Assembly: GCA_977018835.1 (NCBI GenBank)
Contig: OZ361259.1
Coordinates: 620,001-684,000 of the forward strand
Direction of reading: 5' to 3'
Length of the DNA: 64,000 nt
Source: Minutocellus sp. GHC0000111
Taxonomy: Eukaryota
Shown here: positions 36,801-49,320 of the stretch, in pieces
Position numbering within the stretch: the first letter of the stretch is position 1
Layout of the letters: every line of letters starts with the position of its first letter
Program-made: the position numbers and the translations under genes
The notes under the pieces: model-generated
Database searches by the model: none
Told to the model about the DNA's origin: nothing
Seen by the model: the letters and a program-made list of their open reading frames with translations, nothing else

Positions 36801-39360
36801 GTTCGGCCAAGATGCTGTTGGAGTCATAGTCATAGACGACCATTATGTGCTGGTGGCCAGAAATAGACGATACCAAGAAACGGCCGGGCTGATCTGAGAA
36901 GATCTGGCCCGTTATGTCATGACAATCAGCAAAGACATAGTTGGTGCGCTGTTGGTGTTGTGCCGGGTGGAGATCCTGCTCGGTTTCGTCCACCCCAGGG
37001 AGAGATTTTGGCGTAGCCATCGACCGTTTGGGCTTGGTCGACCTGATGTTCTTGCGCTGCTGGTCTAAGTGACCTTTAATCATCGGTATCGACTGTGGCA
37101 TGTGCTTACGTACAAGCTTTGATGTGAGGCCTGGCCAAGATCTATAAAATCCCGCATCGATTGCTTTGCACCAGGTAGATAGCTGAGGACTGCCAGCGCA
37201 CCAATGTAAAATGGCTACACGTTCCGGAACCGTCTCCTGGGCAATTGCGGCGTTGGCAGCATGTTGGATGACGTTGGGGCCGGGGAGCGGCGACATGGTG
37301 GGCGAGCAATTAAGATCTACCATCCACAATTTCGTTGAGGGGTCTCGTTTACCTTGCAAAATGACGGTGTTGTCCTTGGCGATGACTACCGAATCCTTAT
37401 CGAAAGTGGCAACACATCCATCGTCACACAGCTGCCCAATCGATAGGAGCGATGATGCCATATTATTGAAAATATAGGCCTTGCTAGCCGATGGGGAAAC
37501 CCCAGGGAGGCGAAGCGTGGCCTCGTGGGTGTTCGTCATTGTGCTATTATCCGGAAGGGTGACGCTGATAGGAATTGCTGTCTGTTGGACGTTGAAAATA
37601 GGGCCATCGTACGATAGGTATTGGGGCTTCTGTACAAAATGTCCCGTCGTTCCAGCATCTGCTGCGAGGACGATTGGCTCTTGAGTTGGAGGTTTGCTTT
37701 TTGACGTAAGAAAAGCTAACGAAGGCGGGGAGGAGGTGGATTCAGACACACTATCCTCTATTTTATACTGATTAATATCCACCGTCCCTCCCGCTCAGTT
37801 ACGACGCGAGCTACCACCGCAAGGATTGTACTTGGTGGCGTTATCAACGTGGTTGGGCCCTTTGCAAGTGCATTCAAAGCTGGGGTGGTTGGACGAATAG
37901 CCGCACGTGTGGCAATAATGGCCTCTGGGGAGGATCGACTGCAGTTCCCGCTTCTCCTGGCGGTTGAGGTTAGGACCTTGGCCTGGGAAGTGGCCGGCGC
38001 CGTTCTGCTGGCCACCGCCGCGGTAGCCTCCACTGCCACCAGCATGGTTGCGTCCCTCACGCAAAACGCGGTTCTCGGCCTTGAGTGAAGCTATTTCTTG
38101 GCGAAGTTTGGCAATGGTGTCATCCTTCTCGTTGCTCTTTTTGGCGAGGTTTGCCATCATGGCTTGGTTGGTCTTGAGGGCTTCGGTGGTGTCAGCCAAA
38201 AGGAGATCGGCTCGAGAAAGAAATGGATCGTCCGAGGCCGATGAGGCCAAATTCGCGCCATGATGTCCTGCCGCTTCGGTGGTGGTGTTGGCCATCTTCT
38301 TGTCATGCCAATCGCGGAAGTCCGACTGCATGTTGGCCCACGTGCGTTCGGCCTCCGGTCTGTCGTCCCAGTCCTCGCATGCCTTCTTTGCCAATGAGAA
38401 CCTGCGCACGGAGCGGTAGAACTTGGAGACCTTTTGCTTGTTGGTGAAGGGTTCGCCGGCCGTTTCAAACGCCTTGAAGACTTTGTTGAACATGGCGATG
38501 TGGGTGTCGATGGGTCCCCCGTCGTGCTGCTTCTCGAGCTGCTTCTCTAATTCCTCCTTCTGAGTCTCGTTGAATTTCAAGTAGCGATCGGCAATGCTGT
38601 CGATGATTTGGCGGATGGTGACTGGCTGGAAACCGAGCATGTTATCTTCGAGATGATTGATGTAGACGGCGTCGATCGAGTCGAGGAGGAGATTCTTGAG
38701 CGCCGTGTTGACTTGCTCGCACAAGTTGCAGTGGCCCTTTTCGATGTAACATCCCCGGATTGCACGATCGCGTTGGTCTAGATTGGCCACGGCGGGAATG
38801 GTGGGGCTGGGGCCAGGATTTGCCGGAGGCACATGTGGTCGGCCGTTGCTTTTGGTGGTGTGTTCGGCATCGCTGACGACGAGGCCCAAATGGCCGAGGT
38901 TGTGGTCATTGCACCCTGCTGGAATGCTGGCCGCCGCATGTTGAAGTTCCTTGAGCGCTTTGGCAACACGCTCGCGTTTGGGGAGGTTGTCCTGGGTCAT
39001 TCATACGTGTGATTAACTTGGTGGGGAGAATCGGCGCTGCGCCGAGAGGTTGGCCAAAAACTGCGTCGGGATTCATGCTGGTGTTTGAGTCAGCGAAGAC
39101 AGGCAGCACGGCGGCGTTGCTGCGAGACGTGTGATCGACAGAAGGTTCGATCCAGAGAAGTGTGATCGATTGGATGGGTCGATCTGGTCAGGACTTTCGG
39201 GGAAGGGATTGGATCGTCGTTCCAATATTGTCGAAAGAAACGGTCGTTTTGGCCGATTGAAGATGTGTCGGTTTTTCTTGCGTGACGAGTGAGAACCCAA
39301 GACAAACCGGTGAGGTGCGAACCGAAATGGGGCGAGCACGGGTGGAAAAGATGCATCACG
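33822..39360 (-). mobile_element. Ty1/Copia (CoDi-type) retrotransposon: gag (37795-39000), pol with PR-IN-Tudor-like-RT-RNase H, 3'-truncated
   Basis: Gag LGHLGLVV and HYCHTCGY..NH....C; ADAGTTGHF (protease); IFSDQPGRF, LDDEVS, HRRNAAERAIRTFK (integrase); GIDISDFYL, GMYGLPQA, TVDDFGVKY (RT); HSDASYL, SSAAEAELGGLF (RNase H). Frameshift in the C9 run at 35130-35138. The sequence stops before the DN motif of RNase H. Confidence 0.95.
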
Positions 39361-39680
39361 TAGGTCTGCTAAGAGGTCCTAAAGCTAAGCTAGATAGATA
39401 TAGCTAGTAGAGGTTAATAGGACCTACGTAGATGAAAAATGGGCCATCGGAGATGTCGTTGGCCCATGGATCACCGTACGTACCGTACGTATGTATACGT
39501 ACGTACGTATCCCACGGCATCAACACCGATCTCTCCCGACAAACTTGGCGGGAAAAGTCGGGACTAGAACCTAGAGGCGGGATCAAAATGAACCGGAGTC
39601 AATGGGTGCTGACAAGAAGAACAGGGAGCAGCAGCAATGCTAGAGTTAGTGCTAGTAGGTAGTAGGAATTCCTAGTGCTC

Positions 39681-39712
39681 GACGTGAATTCACGTCGACG
39701 TGAATTCACGTC
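39681..39712. repeat. 32-bp perfect palindrome made of two 16-bp palindromes
   Basis: GACGTGAATTCACGTC occurs twice; a degenerate copy lies at ~39765-39786. Confidence 0.9.
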
Positions 39713-40101
39713 AGAACAGTCAGAACAACAAAAACCGGTCGACGGACGGACAGACTGAAGGACGTGTGAACTCACGTCGACGTGAAAAAGCGCGTTCTCG
39801 GAACAAGCCTCAAGCGGATCATCACTGCCTAACCACTGCTGTACAGTCTTTCCTTCTTCATCAGAAGCCCGGAGCATAATCTCAGGTTACCCCAAGACGG
39901 GGGTTTGGCACTGCACTGGGATGACAATTCCGGTTCGGATTGCTGCTGGCCTGGCCGGGCAGAGAGAGTGAGCTCGAAGGCACCCCCTTTTTTGCGGAAG
40001 GCGCGCCAATGTTCTCTGCTGGCTTCAGGCTAAACACTGTAAGCTTTGGTAGGCCCTTTGGTAGTCCAAACGTTTATCAGCGAATTCATGAACATTGAAA
40101 C

Positions 40102-40575
40102 ATGTTCTTCAAAAAGAGCAAAACCAAGATCGAGGAAGCACGGAACTTTCTGTCTTCACAACATTCAAGCCTCGGACAGATGTGCACTTGCCCCGAGTCT
40201 CTGTCATTCCATGAAGCCCGAAAAGTTATTGGGGATGCCTTTGACGGAAGTCCAGCTTCGAAAGGTTCCGATCTGATCAACTCAGTCTTGGCTCAAACGA
40301 TGCCTACAATCATCAACGACGACGAAGCATCCACAGCCAATCGGCAGGCTCTCAACGCCTTTAGCTTGGGTTTCTTTGCACACGAGTTGCTCGTCAAGGG
40401 CGGCACTGTGTTCGGAATTCGGGATAGAAGTAGCGGTGCTCTCAAGGCTGTGGTTGTCTTTCGAGAGTGCAATCCGTCGACGGAAAAGAAGCCCAACAAG
40501 ATTGTGGCCCTTTGTCATAGCTTCCGAGCATGTGTTTCCATGTCGAAAGATCCGCTTGGGCTGCCCGAAATCTAA
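40102..40575 (+). pseudogene. Truncated gene fragment, possibly a GNAT-fold protein N-terminus, with a Tyr->Cys signature
   Basis: EARKVIGDAFDGS...GGTVFGIRD..GALKAVVVFRECNP. There is no Tyr in 157 aa. Confidence 0.35.
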
Positions 40576-42536
40576 AAAGAAAAATCCCCTTGAACTCAGC
40601 GTCGTGTTCGCACCGCTTCAACTCGGTCTTGACCTTGCCAAACAATGCGTTGCATGCTCAACATCACTGACATCCATCTCGATCGTGGCCTTGTACAGGA
40701 GGTGTTCCTGTCTTGCCTGCTCCTCGTTGATCAGGGTGTAAGAGAAGTGCGTGTCGGCTCTAACATCGACGATGCAACAGAGACTGGCCAAAATGTGCTC
40801 TGGCCAAAATGTGCTTCGTAGCAGGCAAAAACATGGCCGGCAGCCCCCCGTTGTTCGTCCTCTTATGCACAAGCCGATCCTGGATGGCGGGGAGCGTGAA
40901 CTTGAAGAATCCCTCCTTGGCATGCCGCAAGGTGGTGCACGAGGTCCCCGGAAGGTAGATGTAATCCATAAACACCTTTCCGAAACGAATCGCCATCCTC
41001 CTCATCTTGCACGCCACGCCCCGGTCGGACGACTGGTTCCAATCTCCCGCCACGTGCCGATCCTTCCGAAGCCAGCCCTGGGCGGTGTAAAAGTCGTTGC
41101 ACGTGTAGACGTTGGCATCCGCCATCCTCTCCAGAGCGACCGCCCTCGCGGCATCCCTGGCGTGGACCATTTCCATGTTAGTGGTTGTGTTGGCCAGGTC
41201 GGCAATCTCGCGGAATGTGATGGTCCGCTGCAGAGCGCACGCATCGTCCCAGGAACGCTTGCACTCTTTGAGCGCCACGTCCCGAATGTCGGTGAACGAT
41301 GCACCGAGGAACAGCATGCCCTCGCTCCCGGCATCCCGGTCCTGGGGATGGCACAGAGGATGGCAGTCCAGCGGCTGGATTTCCACCAGCCCATCTCGAC
41401 GTTGCTGCTCCTCGAGCTTTCGAGCCTTTGCCTTCGCCTCGGCCTCCTCTTGCTTTTCCTGCTTGCGCTTCTTATGCATCCAACGTCGAGATTGCTCCCT
41501 CTTTCTCTCCTTTGTCTCTGCCCTCGACAGGGACGGCTTGTGTTTGAGACATGACCGATTGGCTCTGCCTCAAATGCTCTCTCCACAACGCCGATGACCG
41601 GCCATGGGGCCGGCACTCATGCGTGTAGTTCCTGGGCCCAGGCGGAGCAGTAGATCTACTGGCAGTGACCGCATTAGGGCCGCGAGTCCCAGGCGAAGAA
41701 AGAAGATTCCCAGACGCTGGGAGAGGACCGGCAGGTTGCAGGCGCACGGACTGGCACGAGTGTCCTGGCGGCGGACGAAAGCGTGGCGGAGGACGGGGAC
41801 CGGGAGGCCGTGGCCCAGTGGGACCTTGAGGTTGGCCCCCCTGCCCAGGCAGAGGACAGCAGTGCATGTAGGCTCCAGGCAGAGGACGAAGGACGGGAGG
41901 AGACGGCATCCGTCTCGTCCTCTTTCGCCCGCTTTCCGCTTCCTGCTCATCCATCTTGCTTGTCGTATTTCTCTACTTGTAGCTCTAGCTAGCTAGCGCT
42001 AGCTAGAGTGTGACATGTGGCGATGCCGGCGTTTTTTCGATCAACATGAACATTGATTTTTCTTCAAGTGTGGTAAAATATGTAAACATCTGCTCGGCGA
42101 GTGTTTGACATCGCCGATGTGCATCGTCAATTTTGCCAATGCTGGCGATGAGCGATGACTGTGGAGGCAGAGAGCTAGCCTACGTAGCTACGTAGGACCT
42201 CGCCACAGAATTTCGCAAATAAATTGCTGGCTTGCTTCGGTTCCTTCGCTGGCTAGCAATCATTGCGACAGTCGAGAACGGCGTTTTCCCGTCAATCATT
42301 ACGGCCACTCATTTAGGCGATCCATTCCAATCAAGCACTTCCGTGTACTTTACTTGCTTTCACTGTGCACTGCCTGCTTTTTAAAAGTTACCTTGTTACC
42401 TTGGTTCTGAAAGCTTTCGTTAGATTAGATAGACATCAGCCCTGACGAATCGAATTGACTCGACTCGACTCGACTCGCCTCTCAAACCATCACCATCGCT
42501 ACCTCGAGCTCTCTTTGTCAAAATATATCCATCGGC

Positions 42537-44654
42537 ATGCCACCGTCCAATAGGGCATCAACAATAGCCATCATAATGGCCACTTCTTTTCTGATGAGCG
42601 GCATCGTGACGGCAGCAGCAGAATCTGATGCCACTGAAGACGAATATGTCCCTCCAACTTTCATGGCGGTGAGTGTTTGTCTTTTCTCTTCTAGCTACGT
42701 AGTTTCCGACCATAAACCTAAGCAGACACTTTGCTTCTTTCGTTTAGACAATCGACGGCATCGATATCTCACCCCAACGCATAATTTGTCCTGCACTCTA
42801 CAATCACTGCACCATTGGTGCCACACATTTGCAAATACATGCAAAATAGACCGGCGTCGTCAAATTCTTTCGCAGCGTGCCCCGCCTCAGCGACAGTGCA
42901 CAGTTCACAGATTTGTTCTCGTCGTCGCCATCGTCGTCGCCATCGTCGTCGGCCAACCAGGAGTACATCCTGTCGACTTCTCTCATTGCCGTCATTCTCA
43001 TTGCATTGGTGGCTTTTTGGCTGCTCCTACTTTTGGCTCTCAAAATCCTCGGTCCGTCCCGACTGTGCGAATGCGGTGCCGATGCTGGACTGGCCGGCAA
43101 TGACGTACAGAAACCCGACCTTGTGGCGTTGCACGCCATGCACCCGTTAGCGGCGGCCAAGCGATACGAGCAGGAGTATGGCGACATGGAATCGGCCATC
43201 GATACGCGCGTTACCGATGCCACCTCGGCAGTTATGAATGCGCAAGAGCAGGCGCTTTGGGTCGAAAAGGTCGAGCTCATCGAGAGGAGGGTGCGCAATG
43301 TGCGCATTGCCTCCATTTTCTTCGCTCTACTTTTGATTGCCTCGTCCGTTCTCATGGTGCTGTTTGGACTGAATGAGCTGCAGGCCGTAGCAGATCAGCT
43401 CACTGGCGTTAGCACAACTTTGGGCGATACATTCAGCAAGGCCTCGGACTTGACGGGATCCTTTGCGGAGAAGGGCGTCGTTGCGATGCGGAACCGAGAC
43501 CAGCTCGTGGAGAATTTGGGCGTAATCTGTCCCAATTGCGATGCGCAGGGAGAAGTGCTGGTGCACGACGGTGACTTCAAAGCAGTTCCTATAAGTTATT
43601 TGGTAAAAACCCTCAAGACGCCTCTCTTGGCCCTCGGTGATCTCGGCTTGCCGAAAATTTTGAGCCTGCAAGAAGCTCTGGCGGCGATATCGGCTGGTTT
43701 TCACGGAATGGCCGATGACATTGATGGCTACAGCTGGTTCTACCCAACTGCTATAGCTCTGTTAGGTGTGATGGATGTCATTGCTCTTGTGTACATAATT
43801 GGAATCGCCACAGCATGGCAAGAACGGTCATCGGCAGCATTCCAGAAGATCCAACCCTGGATCCTCCTCCCGCTCTTCATCCTGCTTGTCATCGCAACTA
43901 CTTTGGTCTGCTCCTTATTTTCCGTCTTCACGGTGATGGATGCCGACTTTTGCACTGGCACTGCCAGTACGCTTGGAAGTCCTGATTCCAGCGTCGCTGC
44001 CATTCTCGATGCGAGACTATGTCCAACAGATCCTGCCCATGCTGCGATTTCGCATTTCACGCTAGGGTGCAAGGGTGATGATGGCCTCAGTGACATGCAT
44101 CTGCTTTCTTCGAAAATTGATTCAGCCAGCATTGCTAGGGGCGATTTCTTTCAACAAGTGACCCATCATGATGCCATTGCCTTTAGCGAGGCTCTTGGAA
44201 TCAGTCCAGAGGAACTCAGTACCGTCCTTGGAAAAATCTTATCCCTTGATGAGTCCTTGGCAACTTTGGATGCCAAAACATCCAACACCACTGCGATCCT
44301 TGACTGCCCATCCATGAACGCGGCGTACTCGGACATTACATACAACGGTGTATGCGATGCTGGAGCGCAAGCTCTGACTTGGATCTTCAGCTGCCTCGGC
44401 GCTGTGGCGAAAGCGGCATGTCAATAATTACTCTGAGATCAAGCTGGAGAGACGTCCAAGACTTTGTCGATCCCTCCGATGCTGATCACAAGGCTGCGTT
44501 GCCGTATGATGATGACGAGGATTATGGTGAGGAAGGGGTCGAGGTGATAGAAGAAATGGTTTCGGCGTCTTACGAAGATGATGACCCGATTTATGACGCC
44601 GAATATGCTGGCGCAGCATCGTGTCATGAAGACGGCGGGGGATGCTATAGATAG
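42537..44654 (+). CDS. Multi-pass membrane protein (Tweety/prominin-like topology), intron 42669-42849, one frameshift at ~44411
   Basis: Signal peptide; GTGAGT...AAATAG phase-0 intron; several TM helices; VMDADFC. Restoring one base at GCG A[T]A AGC gives the last TM segment, AVAISGMSIITLRSSW. Confidence 0.65.
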
Positions 44655-44991
44655 ATAGACTACTGAATGTGACAAACCATTCCATGGTTTGGTTGTTATG
44701 TGTAATTTGTATTATTAGACATTTTCTTTGCTACGAAAACCCATTACAATCTCATAGCACATTATAACTGATTTAGCTTGATTGCAACCTCTCAATAAGG
44801 TCGGATTTCCTCCCAGAGACCTTGAGTCCCCGTTCTTTCAACATTCCTTTGAGTGCTGGTACGGTCAGACTTGACAAGTCTCTCGATGATGGCGACGAGG
44901 AAGAAGAACTCGTAGTGGACTTTTGTTGTGGTGACGGCGAGTTGTCAGCTCGTGGCTAGAGAACAAGTCATCGGCCAAATCGTTGAAAAAG

Positions 44992-46830
44992 TCATGAGGA
45001 CGACTTCTTTGCCTCACTTGAGGCCGATCTCGATGATGTTCTTGGCGGCGCAAGTTCAACGAAGGCAGCAAGTGCTTCTAGTAGCGATGCCTCCTCATCA
45101 TCGCCATCGTTCGAAGAAGATTTGTCACTGTCCAAACTATCCGATAGGTCAACAATGAGAGACGAAAAGAAATCGTCGTCATCACTTCCACCACCGCCGT
45201 TGGCTGCGGTGGAAGTTTGGGCCCCACCCCGAAACGAAGAGCGGGAGGAGAAATCGCCATCATTATCATCAGACGAGTCGAGGGAATCACTGAGCTCATT
45301 GAGTAGAGAATCGAAAAAGTCATCTGACTCACTGCTGGTGCCGCCATCTCCACCACCTTCCTGCTGCGCAAAGCTCGTCCAATCATCGTCACCACCCAGC
45401 GCACTTTCGATGCCCCGAGACGAGGACGTCCACGATTGACTCGGCCCAGCATCCTGCCACTGCCTCCCGCCCCGTCTCATCCTCCGCTCCTGCCGGCCGG
45501 AGGGAGTGCCGACGTCTCCCCCGGCCTTTATCTGTCGGCCCCACTGCGCGTCGGCGTCGCCCAGGACGGACCCGTCGTCGTCCACGTCAAAGTCCCCGTC
45601 GGTCACGTCCTTGGTCTCCTCGTACTTCCAATCCTCCTTGGCACCCCTCATCCCCCACGTCCCCTGCTTTTTCTGGCTGCGCTCGCGCTGCTGCTCCCTG
45701 CACTCGCGCCAGTTGCGCTCCTCCTCCTCGAGCTGAGCGTCGGACCGGCCGAACCGATCCCCCCTACCACCGCCACCGTGGGCTCCTCGCGCCTGCCGAT
45801 CGAAGCGGGTGTTGCGATTGCCACCGCCTCTGCCGCCACCACCGCCACCACCGCCTCCCATGCTGGAACACAGGTCCGACCGCAAACTCCGTCCCGTGCG
45901 ATCGTCGACGGCACCTCGTTTCTTGTAGTCCCTGGGCTTCTTGCCAATGCTGACGTCAAAGTCGTCCTGTCGGACGGGCCCCTCCGGACCGGTCAGGCCC
46001 TTGAGGACCTCGGCATCGGTCATCGGCCGGATGTCGGTGGTGTCGCACCACTCGTCGAAGGTCGAACCGCAGGCACAGAGCCGCACCTTGATCTTGCCGT
46101 CCTTGAGCCTTTTGACGACCCCGTCCTCCCCCTTGTGCTTGCCCGTGAGGACCTTGACCATGCCATCGACCTCGTGCCCGGCGCACTGGTGCAGCAGGTC
46201 GTCCCCGGCGTCGCCGCGGCCGTCGCACTCGTCGCCGCACTTGGCAAACATGGCATCGGTCTCGGCCTCGAGGAGCTTGAACTTCTCGATCTCGTCGTCG
46301 TTGAGGGCCACGGGGATGACAGGCAGGCGACGCATCCCCTTCATGTGGACGGTGCCCATCCACGACCTCGTCAGGGGCATGGCCTGGATCCTTTCGTACG
46401 TTTCGGGACAAAGGCGGAGGTTGGCAAAGACGTAGCCGGGACACAGCGCCTTGACGTCGACGACGCTCTTTTGGCCGTGGGAGCGCAGCTGGCGTTCCTG
46501 CGGGACGACGAATTTGCGGCAGTCCGATTCGCTCAGTTCGGGTTGGATCTTTTTGCACTGCGCCAATAGCTCAAGCTCGGCGCCCGCAACGCAGTTGAGC
46601 ATGTGCCAATGAAAGTCCTCGTCCTCTTCGATGCCGAGCTTGTCCCATGCCTTGCCATGGAGTGCCGTCGTCGTTCTGCCGCTGCTGCTGCTGCTGCTGC
46701 TGCAACAGTGTCCATGACGACGACCCAGGCCCTCTGCTGCGGCCGCGGTCTTGGCTGCCATGAAGGCGTCTGCCGTCGTTGCCGCGGAGGCAGCAGCGAG
46801 GAGGGCGGCGGTGGGGAGAGCGAGCCTCAT
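44992..46830 (-). pseudogene. nusG: Plastid-targeted NusG-family protein (NGN + KOW), hypermutated copy with open frame
   Basis: Signal peptide ending ADAF; WHMLNCVAGAE, LCPGYVFANL, ALNDDEIEKF, GMVKVLTGKHKGEDGVVKRL (KOW). Numerous expected Tyr residues read as Cys or His. Confidence 0.8.
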
Positions 46831-47539
46831 CGTTGCTTTTCAGCAAGAAGGTGCGTTGTCAGTGGCTGGGAAAGGTCGTGACCGCTGTGAGTCATCCTGT
46901 AGGTATTGCGGAGTGTTGTGACTCTTGTGGACGACGGTGGCCAGACGCGACGGTGTGTGGTTGGTGTGGTGTCGTCCCGCTAAGTAGCAGCTTAAATCTA
47001 TTTGTGGTGGTGGTGTCGTCCAGCTAAGTATAGCTTAGATCTATCTAACAGAACCCTGTTCGAAAATAGGTAGCCGCACTTGCATTAGCAAGAGCACACA
47101 TCACAATTTCATGTAAACATAAAATGGTTTTTTAAATCACACATGGTGTCAACAGGATCAACAACTCACAAGTCTCGATCTCGCCAAGCATCAGGGTTGT
47201 TGGCTGGAACAAATCCTTCGAAAGTAGCTGCCAGATTAAGTCTGGCTGACCTGCTCCTTGTAGTTCTTCTCGGTGCAGGTGCTTCTGTGTCTTCGTCGAC
47301 GGATGCTGTTTGTTACTGCAGCTGCTGCAGCAAGCAGCATTAGCAAGAGCATTTGTCATCGGAGACGTGGCAGCACGCTCGACACTCTGAGTCGAACGGT
47401 GAGACACATCTATTTGAACCTCAAGTTAATGAGCAGCAGCACTTGCATCAGCAAGCACTCACATCAAATGCTACAGTCTGTAGATTCACACACAGGAGTT
47501 AGTGAGCTCCTTGGTGTGGACTTCACACTCCATCAACAC

Positions 47540-47730
47540 TGACGGCGTGGCGATTTGAAGCTGTCGAAATTGTAAATCTCGTCGAACTCCTTGTGCACAG
47601 CAGCAGTCCATCGCTTCTCAGACCAATTCTCCTCGAACTTCACAGCCTCAGCGTGGTTGCGAGGGACCTTGACACCATGCTTGATGCGCTGGCCGCTCCT
47701 CTTGGTGCGGCGCTTGGCCTGCATCACATG
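47540..47730 (-). mobile_element. Copia pol fragment (linker before RT)
   Basis: QRIKHGVKVPRNHAEAVKFEE...RWTAAVHKEFDEIYNFDSF. Compare KYGVRVPKSVQEAL in the element at 23.5 kb. Confidence 0.65.
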
Positions 47731-48069
47731 CAAGCACGAACTCTTAATCTGACAACCGACACCCGGCACCAGCGGCAGATGGTTCTCCGCACGACTACAC
47801 TCAACAGCATGTTAGTAATTAAAGCTGTCAAAAGGACAGGATCAAAGAAGAAAGAAAGACAGACATGAAGAACAGTTGTTCTCGAACAAAGAAGACGTGG
47901 GGGGCAACAATTGCAACGCATGGGGACCCGGAGCTAAGTCCGGCGAGGAAACATCTGGTAGAAGCGCAAACGCTTGTGCCCAACACCCGAGGATGGGGCC
48001 GCAGTAGGCGACCGAACATCAGAAACCACAAGCCGAAGCAGCTTGCCGATGTCGTTGGCGATGTTGCAG

Positions 48070-48365
48070 GGCCTAAAAATTGATGCACGTAGAGTGATCG
48101 AATATGGGGGCCAACTTCATTTTATTTTTTTTCAAAATGGGAATGAAGCGGAATTTTCCCCCATCTTGTCTACGTAGGCAGGGCCTAAAAATTGATGCAC
48201 GTAGAATGATCGAATATGGGGGCGAAATTCATTTATTTTTTTTTCCAAAATGGGAATGAAGCGGATTTCCCCCCCATCTTGTCTACGTAGGCTGGGCCTA
48301 AAAATCGATGCACGTAGGAATTCCAAGAAGTCGAACTGGGGGCCAAATTCACTTTTTTCATTTTC
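48070..48365. repeat. ~112-bp tandem repeat, 2.5 copies
   Basis: GGGCCTAAAAATTGATGCACGTAG...CAAAATGGGAATGAAGCGG...CCCATCTTGTCTACGTAGGC starts at 48070, 48181 and 48294. Confidence 0.9.
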
Positions 48366-49116
48366 AAATCGGATGTGCAGTTTTCACCTGAGCTGGTGGG
48401 GGCAGGAAATGACGGTTCATCAGCCATTCTCTGTTGCTAATCAACATTTGAAAACAACTGTGCTGCCGCTTTTCTGTGTGATGACTGGCAGCCCCAGAAG
48501 ACCAAAACGTGTCGGCTCAATCTTGTGCTGGAATCCTTCGCAGCTTTGCAGCCTCGGCTGTATCTTGCTTGCTTGCTTGAAATCCCGGCTACGTAGCTAG
48601 CTGGCTGATTGGTTGGTTGGCCGTACACGGGCACAGCACACGGCAAAACGATGACAAGAAGTCATTCAACGATAGTGCCGACGTCGGATGTTCGCTGTTG
48701 GGAGAGAAGGGACTGTTTGGGCAGCATTTCAGCTTTGTGAGCAAATGTACTGCCTTAGGCACATCGGCGAGAACATGATGTGCCCAACAAACTAAATCTC
48801 GAACCTCGTCGGCCGGCACAAATCATTGGTGCATGTAGTTTCCGTGGATGAGTGTTGGAAGTTGCTCTTTCCAATGAGCTGCCGGCTGTCCGCGATTCAT
48901 GATTGGATGTAGACTACATGCGTGGCGCTGTCTTTGCAATTTACCATGGCACCGGTATCTACATTCGTTTGCACGTTGAGCGTCTTTGCGACAGCATCCA
49001 AAACCATTTATTTGACCCAGGATCCAGGATGATGAAGGCATTCGTCACTGCTACATACACAGGGGATGCCTACAAGTCGACGAGAACAAAAAACTCGTCG
49101 TATAAAATGAAATATA

Positions 49117-49320
49117 GGAAGGGGGGCACTCTCCAGGTGATAATTTTCCACACCAGGTGATAATTTGGATGAACCAATCGGATGAACCAGTCTCGTGCGA
49201 AAAAGTTAAGACTGGTCTAAAGAGTGGCCAACTTCACATAAAAATCCCTGGTTCATCCGATGGTTCATCCAAATTATCACCTGGTCTGGAAAATTATCAC
49301 CTGGAGAGTGCCCCCCTTCC
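49117..49320. mobile_element. 204-bp MITE with ~74-bp TIRs and TA target-site duplication (Tc1/mariner type)
   Basis: TA|GGAAGGGGGGCACTCTCCAGGTGATAATTTTCC...GGATGAACCAG and its reverse complement, ending GTGCCCCCCTTCC|TA. Confidence 0.9.

Noticed and set aside
40751..41996. Many overlapping long ORFs, here and at 14.3-15.1, 28.7-29.7, 45.4-46.6 and 56.8-57.8 kb
   Set aside because: These are expected when TpA loss removes two of the three stop codons in all frames. No recognisable domains were found.
44992..46830. Alternative genetic code or Tyr recoding as the explanation for Cys/His excess
   Set aside because: Neighbouring genes use Tyr codons normally, and TA loss also affects codon boundaries and non-coding DNA.
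48070..48365. CRISPR-like array
   Set aside because: Whole units repeat, there are no unique spacers or cas genes, and the context is eukaryotic.
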